From the IMG/VR virus record IMGVR_UViG_3300037504_000201, positions 1 to 64,000 of that record: a DNA stretch of 64,000 nucleotides; one strand, written 5' to 3'. How positions within the stretch are numbered: position 1 is the stretch's first letter; every line of letters begins with the position of its first letter. Shown piece after piece: positions 43,281-52,586 of this stretch. Under the pieces are notes generated by a model, which was not told where the DNA came from, searched no databases, and saw only the letters and a list, made by a program, of their open reading frames with translations. A program made the translations under genes and the position numbers. Origin of the DNA: a virus. Its lineage: Duplodnaviria > Heunggongvirae > Uroviricota > Caudoviricetes.

Positions 43281-45161
43281 TTACAAAGTTGATAACTCGT
43301 ACTCGTACAGCTCCAAGATCGCCTTGGCTTCGCTGATCTCATCCCGCCCCTTCAGGCCAGTCTCTAGCCTCTCTTCCAGAGTGGGTTCGACGTAGCGCAA
43401 GCCGGCAGCGTCGTAAGCTGCTTTTACGTAATCAAGGGGCCGGTCCCGAAGCGCGTACTGAATCGGGATCGGCGTAAACGTATCGTCGGCAACCGGGAAT
43501 GATAATATCTCCCGGTCCGGCGTTCGTTTTACCAGGTGGGGCACGGAGCCGGGGCTGTAGTAGAGTGCCTTTTGCGCCAGCAAACCATCTATCATATCCC
43601 AATAATCACTAGACACATCAATCCAGTCTTGCACCCACAAGCCAACCTCGTCTTGCCAGGCGTCGTCACGGTGCCCCAGGGTAGCAACGCCTAGCTTGGG
43701 GTCCTTGCCGTGATGGAACAATGCCGGCGCCTTGCTGTAGGCGTCAAGGTAAAACTCGGTCTTGGGGGTAAAATAATCGCCGTGCAAGTCTCTGTGGTCT
43801 GGGTCGCCCCATAGTGCCATGTAGCCGCCGATGACGGCGCCCTTGCGGTCGCCTCCAGGCAGCGCCACGGCTTTAAGGTAGGGGAATGAAAATGCCTTTT
43901 GCATCGTCATCGCCGAACCGGCTTGTATCTGTGGCTGGCCCTCGCTGTAGCGCGCCCAGGCCAGCACCGCGTCCAGCTTGGCGATAATCTCTTCGAGCGA
44001 TGATTGGGCCATTTTGCGCAAGGACACAAGGTCTTCCACCTTGCTTTGAGCGATGCGCTTGCCGGCCTTGGTGGCGCCGGTGTCGATGGGGACGATCTCG
44101 TTCGCCCACATCAGAGCCAGTTGCATCACGACCGGCTCTGTCGGCAAGTCTGGCGCGTCCGGCATCGGCGCGCCGCTTGGCACATAAGCCAGCGTCAGAT
44201 GGGGCGTGTAACCGTGCTCCGAGACGTTCAGTGTGCTGAACGCCCGCCGCAGACCCTCAATGTCGGGGCTGTCAGCGTTGACGTAGACAGGGTCGCCCGC
44301 CTCGTCGGTGCCACGGAACCGACCAATGCCGTTTAGCATCACCGGCACCGCCGTCATTAGCCCACGCGCCGTGTCGCGCACGGCGGACAACACGCGCGCC
44401 CGGTCCAGCTCGTCCACCTCGCCCAGGTAGGCGATGGTGACGTGTAGCGTCTCTGACGGTAACCCGCCGGGGATCACCAGCATCTCGGCCACTGTCGGGT
44501 CGGGGATCAACACCACCGCCGCGCCGTCCGAGCCGGGTGTCTCTTTCTCCGGTTCATATTGCTTGGTGACGGGGATAGGTTCGCCGAATGAAAATCCGTC
44601 TTGCCCCTCTGCGTAGGGATAACGCAGCAACTGCCCGTCCTCCATCCGACGCGCAATGACGGCGTCGTTGAGGATATCGTGAATCCAAATGTCGACGGGC
44701 GACGGGACGAGAATCCCTTCATCGTCGTAGCGACGGGGCCTAAACTCAGCCTCCCAGGCCGACCTCACCTTCTCTTCGTACTCGGACAGACTGTATGATT
44801 TGGCCTCGTCTTCGTCCATCGCTTGCGGTTCACCGAATACCGGCTCGCCTTCGTCGTCCTCTGACCACGGGTAGCTCATTAGCCCGTCGTCGTCCTTGGC
44901 GATCACAGCATCGTCGGTCACCTCAAGCACAGACCCGCCGTGCTCCTTCTCCCACGCGGCGCGGACGTCGGACTTGGAGCAGGCTTTGGCCTCGGCGCGA
45001 GGGGACGATTGAATCTTGTCTTCTAGTTTCTCAATCTCTTCCAGCTTCTTCTCATACGACGCCTTGAGCTTGTCCGCATCTTCCGGCGGCACGTCTTGCA
45101 TTGTGTGGAATAGAATGTAAGCGTCGATTACTAGCTGGTCCAGCTTTTCTTGATCGTTCAT
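43281..45161 (-). CDS. prohead protease (S78/U35, C-terminal) fused to a 2H phosphoesterase domain (LigT/Acb1-like fold)
   Basis: Two H-x-T motifs, LHVTIAYLG and PHLTLAYVP, about 75 aa apart. C-terminal IGGYMALWGDPDHRDLHGDYF...LFHHG matches the prohead protease. N-terminal coiled coil and two internal repeats. Confidence 0.5.
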   Translation of the reverse strand: MNDQEKLDQLVIDAYILFHTMQDVPPEDADKLKASYEKKLEEIEKLEDKIQSSPRAEAKACSKSDVRAAWEKEHGGSVLEVTDDAVIAKDDDGLMSYPWSEDDEGEPVFGEPQAMDEDEAKSYSLSEYEEKVRSAWEAEFRPRRYDDEGILVPSPVDIWIHDILNDAVIARRMEDGQLLRYPYAEGQDGFSFGEPIPVTKQYEPEKETPGSDGAAVVLIPDPTVAEMLVIPGGLPSETLHVTIAYLGEVDELDRARVLSAVRDTARGLMTAVPVMLNGIGRFRGTDEAGDPVYVNADSPDIEGLRRAFSTLNVSEHGYTPHLTLAYVPSGAPMPDAPDLPTEPVVMQLALMWANEIVPIDTGATKAGKRIAQSKVEDLVSLRKMAQSSLEEIIAKLDAVLAWARYSEGQPQIQAGSAMTMQKAFSFPYLKAVALPGGDRKGAVIGGYMALWGDPDHRDLHGDYFTPKTEFYLDAYSKAPALFHHGKDPKLGVATLGHRDDAWQDEVGLWVQDWIDVSSDYWDMIDGLLAQKALYYSPGSVPHLVKRTPDREILSFPVADDTFTPIPIQYALRDRPLDYVKAAYDAAGLRYVEPTLEERLETGLKGRDEISEAKAILELYEYELSTL

Positions 45162-46135
45162 AGTCCTAATTCCTCCGCCGCCTTTGCCATCCCGCGCATT
45201 TGAATGTCCTCCATGTCCTCATGCTTCATGCTCAAATCGCGCAACGTGTATTGGAACATCGCGCGGCGACGAATAGCATCTGCTTTTCTTCGACTTCGGC
45301 TGCTATAGCTGTAGCCGCTGATTACCTCGTCCAAATCGGCAATCTTGGACTCTATTCTGTCAACGTTCTGACGTAGTTTTTTTTGGGTGCTCTTGATCCG
45401 CGTGGTCCTCACCGCCTGTTTGACTTGCTTGATCTGGCTTGCATTGAGCTTGGTGCCGTCAGCGACGTGAAAATATTGACTGGCGATGTCGCGCGCCACA
45501 TCCGCCGCCTCGGGTGCAACAACCCAGCGTTTCTTACTTGGATTCCACTGGCGCATGCTGTACGCGATGTTGTTTTTTAAATCATCAACAAAGTCTCGAT
45601 TGTACGGCGTCTCAAAAGTTGTGCCTCCGCCCTTGTTTTTACCGATCACGGCCACGTCGCGCTCGGGATTCTTGGCGATTTGCTGGCGCAAGTCAGCGGT
45701 CGCGCCGGTGCGCAGTGACATAGCCGAAGTCCTTGGCGCGCTACCGCCGCGCTTCCCTTTGCGCCCGGCGTGCCCCCAGTTGCCGCTACCTGGGCCGCCC
45801 TTGGCCTCTTCCCGCTTGATAATCTTCTCACTGTCGGGGTCATAGCGATATGTATCGCCGTCCAGCATCTCGGCGATGCGCCGCCCGATGACGCGCCAGT
45901 CAGATTCCGAATAGTTGCCGGCCTCACGTTGCCCATCGTGGTTAAAGTACTGCATCGCCGCCAGCGCCCGGTCCCCGTCGCACGGGTACTTCCAGTTGAC
46001 GGGGTCGGCAAATTTACTCTCCGGCACGTCTTCATACTCTGCGGGTTTGGTGAGATGCCCGCCTTCGACGGGCGATATCCCGTATTTTTTAGCGCGCTTG
46101 GCTTGCGCTTCTTTTAGCTTCTCACGATCTGCCAT
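45158..46135 (-). CDS. head-module protein carrying Gly-rich motif GGPGSGNWGHAGRKGKRGGS
   Basis: RBS ACGGAGG. The motif is shared with the portal's C-terminal region. Confidence 0.5.
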   Translation of the reverse strand: MADREKLKEAQAKRAKKYGISPVEGGHLTKPAEYEDVPESKFADPVNWKYPCDGDRALAAMQYFNHDGQREAGNYSESDWRVIGRRIAEMLDGDTYRYDPDSEKIIKREEAKGGPGSGNWGHAGRKGKRGGSAPRTSAMSLRTGATADLRQQIAKNPERDVAVIGKNKGGGTTFETPYNRDFVDDLKNNIAYSMRQWNPSKKRWVVAPEAADVARDIASQYFHVADGTKLNASQIKQVKQAVRTTRIKSTQKKLRQNVDRIESKIADLDEVISGYSYSSRSRRKADAIRRRAMFQYTLRDLSMKHEDMEDIQMRGMAKAAEELGL

Positions 46136-46145
46136 ACATCGCCTC

Positions 46146-46210
46146 CGTAAAATAAAAGCGGTTCGCTAATGAGTCAAGCAGTCTTGCTTGACTCATTAGC
46201 GAACCGCTTA
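46146..46210 (-). terminator. rho-independent terminator (25-bp perfect stem)
   Basis: AAGCGGTTCGCTAATGAGTCAAGCA-agac-TGCTTGACTCATTAGCGAACCGCTT, then UUUAUUUUA on the minus-strand RNA. A GGCC-UUCG-GGCC tetraloop hairpin just upstream. Confidence 0.7.
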
Positions 46211-46242
46211 TCCGGCCCGAAGGCCTTGGGGTGGCTATTTGC

Positions 46243-46482
46243 TTATCTGGCCTGGCGGTTTAGTCCGTATCGGTGGCACAAATAATCGTCGTACACCACC
46301 AGGCATTTGTGCAAAACTATCGCGACGTCGCGCGCCCTATCCGACCACGCCCACCGCTGCCGGTGGGTCGGGAATGACGCCTTGGCGCCGTCTCCGTTGC
46401 GCGAGAATGAAAACTGCTCGCATAGATAATCATCGAGTAGAACGCATATTCTGTGAATGACTGTCGCGTGTGCTCTGTCCAT
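46243..46482 (-). CDS. hypothetical 79-aa protein with internal repeat (autonomous moron)
   Basis: Leaderless start 4 nt after the -10. Repeats LLDDYLCEQF and VVYDDYLCHRYG. Has its own promoter and terminator. Confidence 0.5.
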   Translation of the reverse strand: MDRAHATVIHRICVLLDDYLCEQFSFSRNGDGAKASFPTHRQRWAWSDRARDVAIVLHKCLVVYDDYLCHRYGLNRQAR

Positions 46483-46486
46483 ATCT

Positions 46487-46516
46487 AGTATACACTATCC
46501 CGTGTATGGTTGTCAA
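46487..46516 (-). promoter_or_regulatory. leaderless promoter class C, copy 1, with TACAC-N6-GTGTA operator
   Basis: TTGACA-ACCATACACGGGATAGTG-TATACT-AGAT-ATG. Confidence 0.7.
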
Positions 46517-46522
46517 TATGCC

Positions 46523-47143
46523 TTAACCGTGCCTCGTTAACGAGTACAACAATCCAGCGTCAAAGTTCTCATTAATGACATCCTCACTCCACCTCGATCG
46601 CACCTCGTCGGCAGTCATTCCCAGCTTCTGCTCAAGCCTCTTGATCTCGGCTTGCTCTTCGTCGCCAGTCATTATGCCGTCGTAACCAAGAAACCAACGA
46701 ATTGCTTTAAACCATCCTGGATTACGATAAGGCTCTTTGTTGTCCAGAACTATGTCAATAAACTCTCTCAGCGCCGTCGCGTAATCTCTTAGCGCTTCAA
46801 CCAGGCACAATCCCTCACCATAGCAAAACGTCACGTCGTCGTTGACGATAAAGTGGCATCGCCCATCCCGCTCTATGTTTATGGCATAACGCATACTCAT
46901 ACCGTGATCATTATCATTAATTGGGGCGTCTCTTGATTGTGTCGGTCTATCGTCGGGAAGCTGTGGTATATCACGGTACACTATGATGCATTCATTGCAG
47001 GCATTAGACGTCGCGCATCCAACTTGCCCCAGGTCGCCACCGTATTTGCTCTTGTCCGGATCGACAGCGACAAAGACGGGCATGTCGCCAAACGCATTAA
47101 GATGAACCTGTAATTGGTGGATCAACTCAGATAGTGACGCCAT
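46523..47143 (-). CDS. hypothetical protein (lower-GC moron)
   Basis: RBS GAAGGGG. Cys-rich. GC below the genome mean. Confidence 0.5.
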   Translation of the reverse strand: MASLSELIHQLQVHLNAFGDMPVFVAVDPDKSKYGGDLGQVGCATSNACNECIIVYRDIPQLPDDRPTQSRDAPINDNDHGMSMRYAINIERDGRCHFIVNDDVTFCYGEGLCLVEALRDYATALREFIDIVLDNKEPYRNPGWFKAIRWFLGYDGIMTGDEEQAEIKRLEQKLGMTADEVRSRWSEDVINENFDAGLLYSLTRHG

Positions 47144-47164
47144 AATATCCCCTTCGTATAGATA

Positions 47165-47233
47165 TCTGACTTTATCGATTCTCCTAAAACATTATTATTA
47201 TATTTTAAAAGAATCAATTATCTCAAATTGATT
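47165..47233. repeat. AT-rich palindromic element, copy 6
   Basis: CTGACTTTATCGATTCTCCTAAAAC, spacer, arm GAATCAATTATCTCAAATTGATT. TTGAGA-18-TATAAT on the minus strand points at 46523-47143. Confidence 0.75.
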
Positions 47234-47698
47234 TTACCGCCCCAGTACCTTGCGGATCACACCGACCACACCGTCAACGAACTTGTCGCGGAACATCTCC
47301 GCTGCCTCGTCAATGCGACGCCAGCCGCGCGCGCCGTGATAGTCAGCTTGATAGCCGCCGGGGCCGTGCACGTCTTGCGCATAGCTAACAGGGTTCTCGA
47401 CGGTCACCTCGGTCACGTCCGACAGGTAGGTTGACCAATGGTCACCCAACTGCTCGGACACAGACGTCTGCTCAAGCGTGCCGTCGGAGTAGAGATACAT
47501 CCCACCGGTGCCGCGCTTGTAAAATGACCCCCACGTGCCATACCTTGGCCGGTTAGCCTCAGACTCGGGCGGGTACTTGCCTACCCAATTCTCCATGGCC
47601 TTGCCTTGCTTGATAAGCATCGGCTGGGCTGCCCTGCGCAAGTCATCTACTAAGTTGGCGAACGTGGTTCGGACGGCACGGGTGTAGGCGCGGATCAT
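47234..47698 (-). CDS. hypothetical protein
   Basis: ATGA coupling. Confidence 0.45.
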   Translation of the reverse strand: MIRAYTRAVRTTFANLVDDLRRAAQPMLIKQGKAMENWVGKYPPESEANRPRYGTWGSFYKRGTGGMYLYSDGTLEQTSVSEQLGDHWSTYLSDVTEVTVENPVSYAQDVHGPGGYQADYHGARGWRRIDEAAEMFRDKFVDGVVGVIRKVLGR

Positions 47699-48213
47699 CT
47701 CAAAAGCTCCGGCATGTCCAATTGCTCATCCAACGCGTCGATGAACGTGTGCCACTCGGGCAAGCGATGGGCCTTGCGTTGGCCTCGGATGCGCTTAAGC
47801 GTCTTATAATTCGTCTTGATAATCCGGCGCTGAAGGAACGACTCGGGCAGCTCGCGCTTGACTTGCCGCCAGTCGCCGTCTGCTATCAACGTGTTAAGCC
47901 AGAACAGTGTGGACGGCACAATCTCGCCCTCAAAGTCATCTTGCGTCAAGGGGCGCCTGGTGATCGTATACATTGTGGATTCGCTCTGCTTGGACACGCC
48001 CACGCGGTAGGTGTCAGCTTGCTGCCACCAATAGCGAGGGGCCGTCACGTCAATCCACACCTCGATGAACTCAAGGAATTTGTTGTGCCCGCCGTCTTTG
48101 GGCGCCAGTCTCTCCGCAACTGCCGACATCTGATCAACCGGCTTATTGCGCGATAAGCTCAGGCCCAACAGCGCGAATTCGTAGCCGTATTCACCCAGCA
48201 CCTTGACAATCAT
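47695..48213 (-). CDS. hypothetical protein
   Basis: ATGA coupling. Confidence 0.45.
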   Translation of the reverse strand: MIVKVLGEYGYEFALLGLSLSRNKPVDQMSAVAERLAPKDGGHNKFLEFIEVWIDVTAPRYWWQQADTYRVGVSKQSESTMYTITRRPLTQDDFEGEIVPSTLFWLNTLIADGDWRQVKRELPESFLQRRIIKTNYKTLKRIRGQRKAHRLPEWHTFIDALDEQLDMPELLR

Positions 48214-49160
48214 TCCACCACCGCCTGGACCAGCTGCCCGCTGTAAAATTCCGTCGCGTCTGCAAACGCTAACACCGGATCGTCAGGCACCCGGTTGTTG
48301 AACACGCGCCGGGCGAGGGCGCGGACAATGCGCTGCTCGCCTTCCAATCTCAATACCCCATCGCCTAGCGAGAATGCCGCCACGTCGCGCGCCGCCCGCT
48401 CGTTGTGGTCAAAGACATAAAAGGTCAACGTCATCCGCTCGTCGCTGTCAACCTCTGCTTGCCCGGCTTGCAACATCGCGTTGAAAGCTTGATAATCGGC
48501 CTCAAGCGCGTTGCGATCCATCGCGGTGCCGTAACGGTCAACCATGCGGCGCTCGGCTACCTCGTCATCTCCGTTGAACCAACGAATGGCGCGCATGCTA
48601 ATGAGCCGCTCGGCGGCCTCACGCACAGCGATCTCGACTTCAGCACCGACGTCGCCATACTCAAGCGCTTCAACCCGCGCTATCATCATATCTCTGACAC
48701 GATGCGAACCGTAACCGCTGCCCATCAGGCACGTGTCGAGGCCCATATCGCGCTCGACCTCGGGAAGCGCCGTGTAAAGCGCGCTCGCCGGGTTGGTGAC
48801 GGGGGCCAGTGTCGCCCCTTGATAATCCACGCCCCACACCGCCCCCACTCCGTCCACAATCAAGCTGGACGGGGAGCGAACGGGGACGCCCAGTAAGTAG
48901 TCCAGCACCAGCAGCGCCTCGGCCCGCTCGTTGCGTGGCACATCGATGCCCAGCGACGGCTTGGCGCCGACGAACTCACGCAAGAATTTACCGTCCGCCA
49001 CATCGACGGTGACCGGAACAATAGGATTGCTTGGCAACAGCTTCTCGGACAGCACATAGGCGGCATAGTTGAGCGGGTCTTCCATCTCGACTAGAATGTT
49101 ATCATCGGTGTAGCATAGGTATTTATACATCTTCCACCTCGGCACTTCGCCGGTATACAA
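48210..49160 (-). CDS. hypothetical head-module protein
   Basis: 316-aa ORF. The alternative start at Met11 (49130) has better coupling. Confidence 0.4.
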   Translation of the reverse strand: MYTGEVPRWKMYKYLCYTDDNILVEMEDPLNYAAYVLSEKLLPSNPIVPVTVDVADGKFLREFVGAKPSLGIDVPRNERAEALLVLDYLLGVPVRSPSSLIVDGVGAVWGVDYQGATLAPVTNPASALYTALPEVERDMGLDTCLMGSGYGSHRVRDMMIARVEALEYGDVGAEVEIAVREAAERLISMRAIRWFNGDDEVAERRMVDRYGTAMDRNALEADYQAFNAMLQAGQAEVDSDERMTLTFYVFDHNERAARDVAAFSLGDGVLRLEGEQRIVRALARRVFNNRVPDDPVLAFADATEFYSGQLVQAVVE

Positions 49161-49770
49161 GCCGACACCGGCAATTGGTCAGACACTGCGTGCTCCCATC
49201 ACCGGGGAACGCGCCGCCATACGGGTTTAGTCGCATTGGACGCCACTCCATCGCCGCAAACTCTACGCAGTCCGGGCAGCTCTCGGCCTCGGGATCCAGC
49301 ACCCACTTCACCTCGTCAAATCGCGCCTCAATATGCGCGCGTTGCTTGCCACGCTCGTAGGCTTCGCGGGCCGAGTTGATGTACATCCGCGCGCGCGCTC
49401 TGATCTGCGCTGTGGACAATGCGCCGTCCGCTATCTGCTCGGCAAATCGATCAAGGAACCGGTATTGCTCGGTGAGCATCCCGCCGATTGAGCCCCAGTC
49501 CGCAGGCGTCATCTGGTCGCGCCCGCCACGCCCGAACAGATACTGTCGGATGTACTCGTCCTTGATCTCTTGGCGCATCGCGTCGCGCCAGTCTCCAGGC
49601 GAGATAAGCGGCGGGTCGCTGCCGGCCATCTCGGCAAGCGTGTCGGTGCGCGACGCGCTCACCTCAAGCGACGCGTCGACCAGCTCTATCGCGCGGGCAC
49701 GGGACATATAGCGACCGGTCTCCATGTCGCGGTAGCGCGCTGATCGGATGTCCCAAGCCCAGGTTGCCAT
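49123..49770 (-). CDS. minor head protein (MuF/SPP1 gp7-like, tentative)
   Basis: Position after the portal. C-terminal CPDC...C motif. TAATG coupling. Confidence 0.35.
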   Translation of the reverse strand: MATWAWDIRSARYRDMETGRYMSRARAIELVDASLEVSASRTDTLAEMAGSDPPLISPGDWRDAMRQEIKDEYIRQYLFGRGGRDQMTPADWGSIGGMLTEQYRFLDRFAEQIADGALSTAQIRARARMYINSAREAYERGKQRAHIEARFDEVKWVLDPEAESCPDCVEFAAMEWRPMRLNPYGGAFPGDGSTQCLTNCRCRLVYRRSAEVEDV

Positions 49771-49952
49771 TACTCTTCGCCTTCCTCCGCCTCGACCACG
49801 TAATACCACGGCGTCTGCTTGGCAATTTCGTGCGGCGTGTCGCTGGGGACGATGACGGAGGCGATAACGCCCTCTTCTAGCTCTTTACCTTGAACCTCGT
49901 AAAGCTTGCGGTCGCCGTGTTTGTCCGGGTCATAGTCGATGTATCTGGGCAT
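49770..49952 (-). CDS. small acidic protein
   Basis: TAATG coupling to the portal stop, with RBS GGAGG. Confidence 0.4.
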   Translation of the reverse strand: MPRYIDYDPDKHGDRKLYEVQGKELEEGVIASVIVPSDTPHEIAKQTPWYYVVEAEEGEE

Positions 49953-52396
49953 TAGTCACTGCCTCCAAATATTTCATCTAGGGAATCGACTTCTAAATAT
50001 TCGGCAAGAGCTTGTCGCTGTTCATTCGAACCATAATGATATACCCTAAAGGTATCGGCCTTAAATTCGAGATCTTTGGTTAGTGAGTACTCACGAAGGC
50101 CATACCTAGCAAGGTCGCCCTTCGTCACTCTATCCACAAACCCATACCTATAAGCATCCTTCATGTCCTTAAAACCATTAACCAATAAATCGTTCGCCCT
50201 TTGACCACGCTTACTCTCCAAGAACGCAGAGCGCATGGTTACATGGTGCCCAAGCTCGTGAGAGAAGATATACCTTGAAGACGATATAAAATCAGGATTT
50301 ATATGTATTGATTGCTCTTGCGGATCGTACACTCCTGCAGCATCATAATCGCCTACGTGGGAACGCCAAGGATTATCTGGCGAAAGTTGCGCGCGGATCT
50401 TTGTTGGCTCCGTCGTAATCCGCTTCAGCCCTTCCAAGTGTCGCGGCTGAATCTCATCTCGCACCATCATATCAACAACGACTTTGCGCGTCTTTTCATC
50501 AAGGCCCTCTACCAACTTGCGCCCAGGCCCAACCTCAAAGTATCGCGGATTGACACGTCCGCTTCCACGCATTGAACCCGGAGCACTCCCGCCGCGTTTC
50601 CCAGGGCGCCCAGCATGCCCCCAGTTGCCACTACCTGGGCCGCCTTTCACGTTCTCATCCCACGTCGGCGCGTTCATCAACTGCGCCCACTCGTCACTCA
50701 CCCGCGCAGCGCCCGCCACGGCCCGCTCGGCGTCGGTCTGCGTGATGGTCAACGTATCGTTGGCGAATAACGTGTCTCGGTCGGGCACAGGCATAAACTC
50801 GACGACCTCCTCCGGCTCCGACTCATTGTAGCGCGCCAAGAGCAGCGCCTCGGCGGTGGCGTCCTTGACCTCTGTGATAGGCAGATCGACCGGCGTCGCC
50901 GCAATCTCACGCAGGCCGGCAAACACCTCAAGCACGCCTTGGTCGCTCACGCCATCGGGTAGCGCAGTCAGCGCCGCTTCGGTCAGTGATTTTAGCCAGG
51001 CGGGGATGTCGTGGCACACGAACGGCGCCGACGACGGGTGCCGGCCAGACTGAGCGAAGCGCAACGCCTTGCGCTCCCACTTGCCCAGCTCGTCAAGCGC
51101 CTTGTTCTCTTCTTCTGCGGGCGGCTCTTCTTGCGTCTGTTCCTCGCCTTGCTGCCCCATCGATGCCAGCTCCGGTATCAATGGGATAAAGCGGGTGGGC
51201 AACGTGTCGCAGTACTCTGCCACCGGGCCGGCCTCGATAGGATCCAGGCCCTGCTTGGCCCGCGCCTCGTTGACCGTCATGTCCGGCGCGTATGTCGTAT
51301 AATCTTGACGGTCCTCATCACGTCGGGCGGGGCGAAAGTCCTCGTACTGACAAATGAATTGCTCGCCGTAGGTGGGCCGAATGAACTGCGTGGTGATGTC
51401 CCCGGCTAGAAGCTGCGCAATTGGGTAAACGTGCCACTCGGTCACCATGTCAAGGGACGCATACATCGAGGCGTAGGTGGTGTTCTGCGCCCCCAGCGCC
51501 TCCGACCAGCCCAGCACCTCCATAAACTCGCGGCGGTTGGAATCGCTCAACTGGACGATAGCCAGGTCGTCCAGGTTCATCTCCATCGCCTTGACGTCCA
51601 TATCGCCCGCGCGCATCACCAGCGCCGCCCGGTCCACCACCCGCAGCTCTTTGATAATCTCGTCGCGGATAGCAAAAAACTGCGAGCGCGTGACCGGCTT
51701 TTTGATGTTAAAGATGGTGGTGGGGGAGGCGTTCCTTGGCCCGAAAAAGTTCTCACGGAATCTCCGCTGGCCTAACTCAGTCTTGATGGTGCTCTCAAGC
51801 GCGCTTACCCCGCTCATCCCGTCCAATGGGTCGAGGATGTTGGGCATGCGACACCAAATGACTTGCGTGTGAGGAATCAGATAGGGCCGCCCGTCGCGCC
51901 CAGAGAACTCGTAGCCCAACACCGGCGTCTTGGTGTCGGGGCCTGGGATAGGCTGCACCGACATCGGCGGCAAGGGCCACAATGACTCCGGTTCAAGATT
52001 ATCATCCAGCCCTACAAAGATGAACGCGCTACCGCGAATCGGCAGACATAGCCCAATGAACCAGCGGAAGAACACGCCCGACATGAATGAGTTGGGGTCG
52101 TGCAAGAGAAGCTCGAACGGGTGATTCTCGACCGGCGTCGGCTTGTCCTCGGGCTTGGCACGCTCATAGATGCCGGGGATATAGCTGGAGAGAATCTTGG
52201 CGATGCCGTTGGCTGCTGTGTAGACGGGCGGGAGCTTGAGCGCCTTGCGCTGCAAGCTCTCGTGACTTGCGCCGGGCGCGGCACGTGATATGCCGCCGCC
52301 CATCGAGATAGGCAGATCGGGCACGGCGGGGTAAGGCTCACGTTCCCCAGGCCGTTCAATGCTCAGCTTTCCGACCCCCGGAATTCTGAATCTCAT
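49952..52396 (-). CDS. portal protein with C-terminal extension containing Gly-rich motif and HExxH zincin-like domain
   Basis: N-terminal 480 aa is portal-like. Then GGPGSGNWGHAGRPGKRGGS. Then a 230-aa domain with IFSHELGHHV. Confidence 0.65.
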   Translation of the reverse strand: MRFRIPGVGKLSIERPGEREPYPAVPDLPISMGGGISRAAPGASHESLQRKALKLPPVYTAANGIAKILSSYIPGIYERAKPEDKPTPVENHPFELLLHDPNSFMSGVFFRWFIGLCLPIRGSAFIFVGLDDNLEPESLWPLPPMSVQPIPGPDTKTPVLGYEFSGRDGRPYLIPHTQVIWCRMPNILDPLDGMSGVSALESTIKTELGQRRFRENFFGPRNASPTTIFNIKKPVTRSQFFAIRDEIIKELRVVDRAALVMRAGDMDVKAMEMNLDDLAIVQLSDSNRREFMEVLGWSEALGAQNTTYASMYASLDMVTEWHVYPIAQLLAGDITTQFIRPTYGEQFICQYEDFRPARRDEDRQDYTTYAPDMTVNEARAKQGLDPIEAGPVAEYCDTLPTRFIPLIPELASMGQQGEEQTQEEPPAEEENKALDELGKWERKALRFAQSGRHPSSAPFVCHDIPAWLKSLTEAALTALPDGVSDQGVLEVFAGLREIAATPVDLPITEVKDATAEALLLARYNESEPEEVVEFMPVPDRDTLFANDTLTITQTDAERAVAGAARVSDEWAQLMNAPTWDENVKGGPGSGNWGHAGRPGKRGGSAPGSMRGSGRVNPRYFEVGPGRKLVEGLDEKTRKVVVDMMVRDEIQPRHLEGLKRITTEPTKIRAQLSPDNPWRSHVGDYDAAGVYDPQEQSIHINPDFISSSRYIFSHELGHHVTMRSAFLESKRGQRANDLLVNGFKDMKDAYRYGFVDRVTKGDLARYGLREYSLTKDLEFKADTFRVYHYGSNEQRQALAEYLEVDSLDEIFGGSD

Positions 52397-52403
52397 ATGC
52401 TAC

Positions 52404-52586
52404 CTACCTCTCAATTTTAAACCAGCCCTCAACCCACAACGTCGCCACGATAACTCCGAGCCAGAACACCGGCGCGCCAACCCACCACGCCCACCCGGCG
52501 CCGAATGCCAGCCCGGCGAACGGGCAAGCGACCAGCGCATAGCACGCAGCGCGGCGGACGAGCCAAGACAAGCTTATCTCTGGCAT
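52404..52586 (-). CDS. small two-TM membrane protein
   Basis: Internal Met with RBS GGTGAGAG. W-rich TM helices. Confidence 0.4.
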   Translation of the reverse strand: MPEISLSWLVRRAACYALVACPFAGLAFGAGWAWWVGAPVFWLGVIVATLWVEGWFKIER

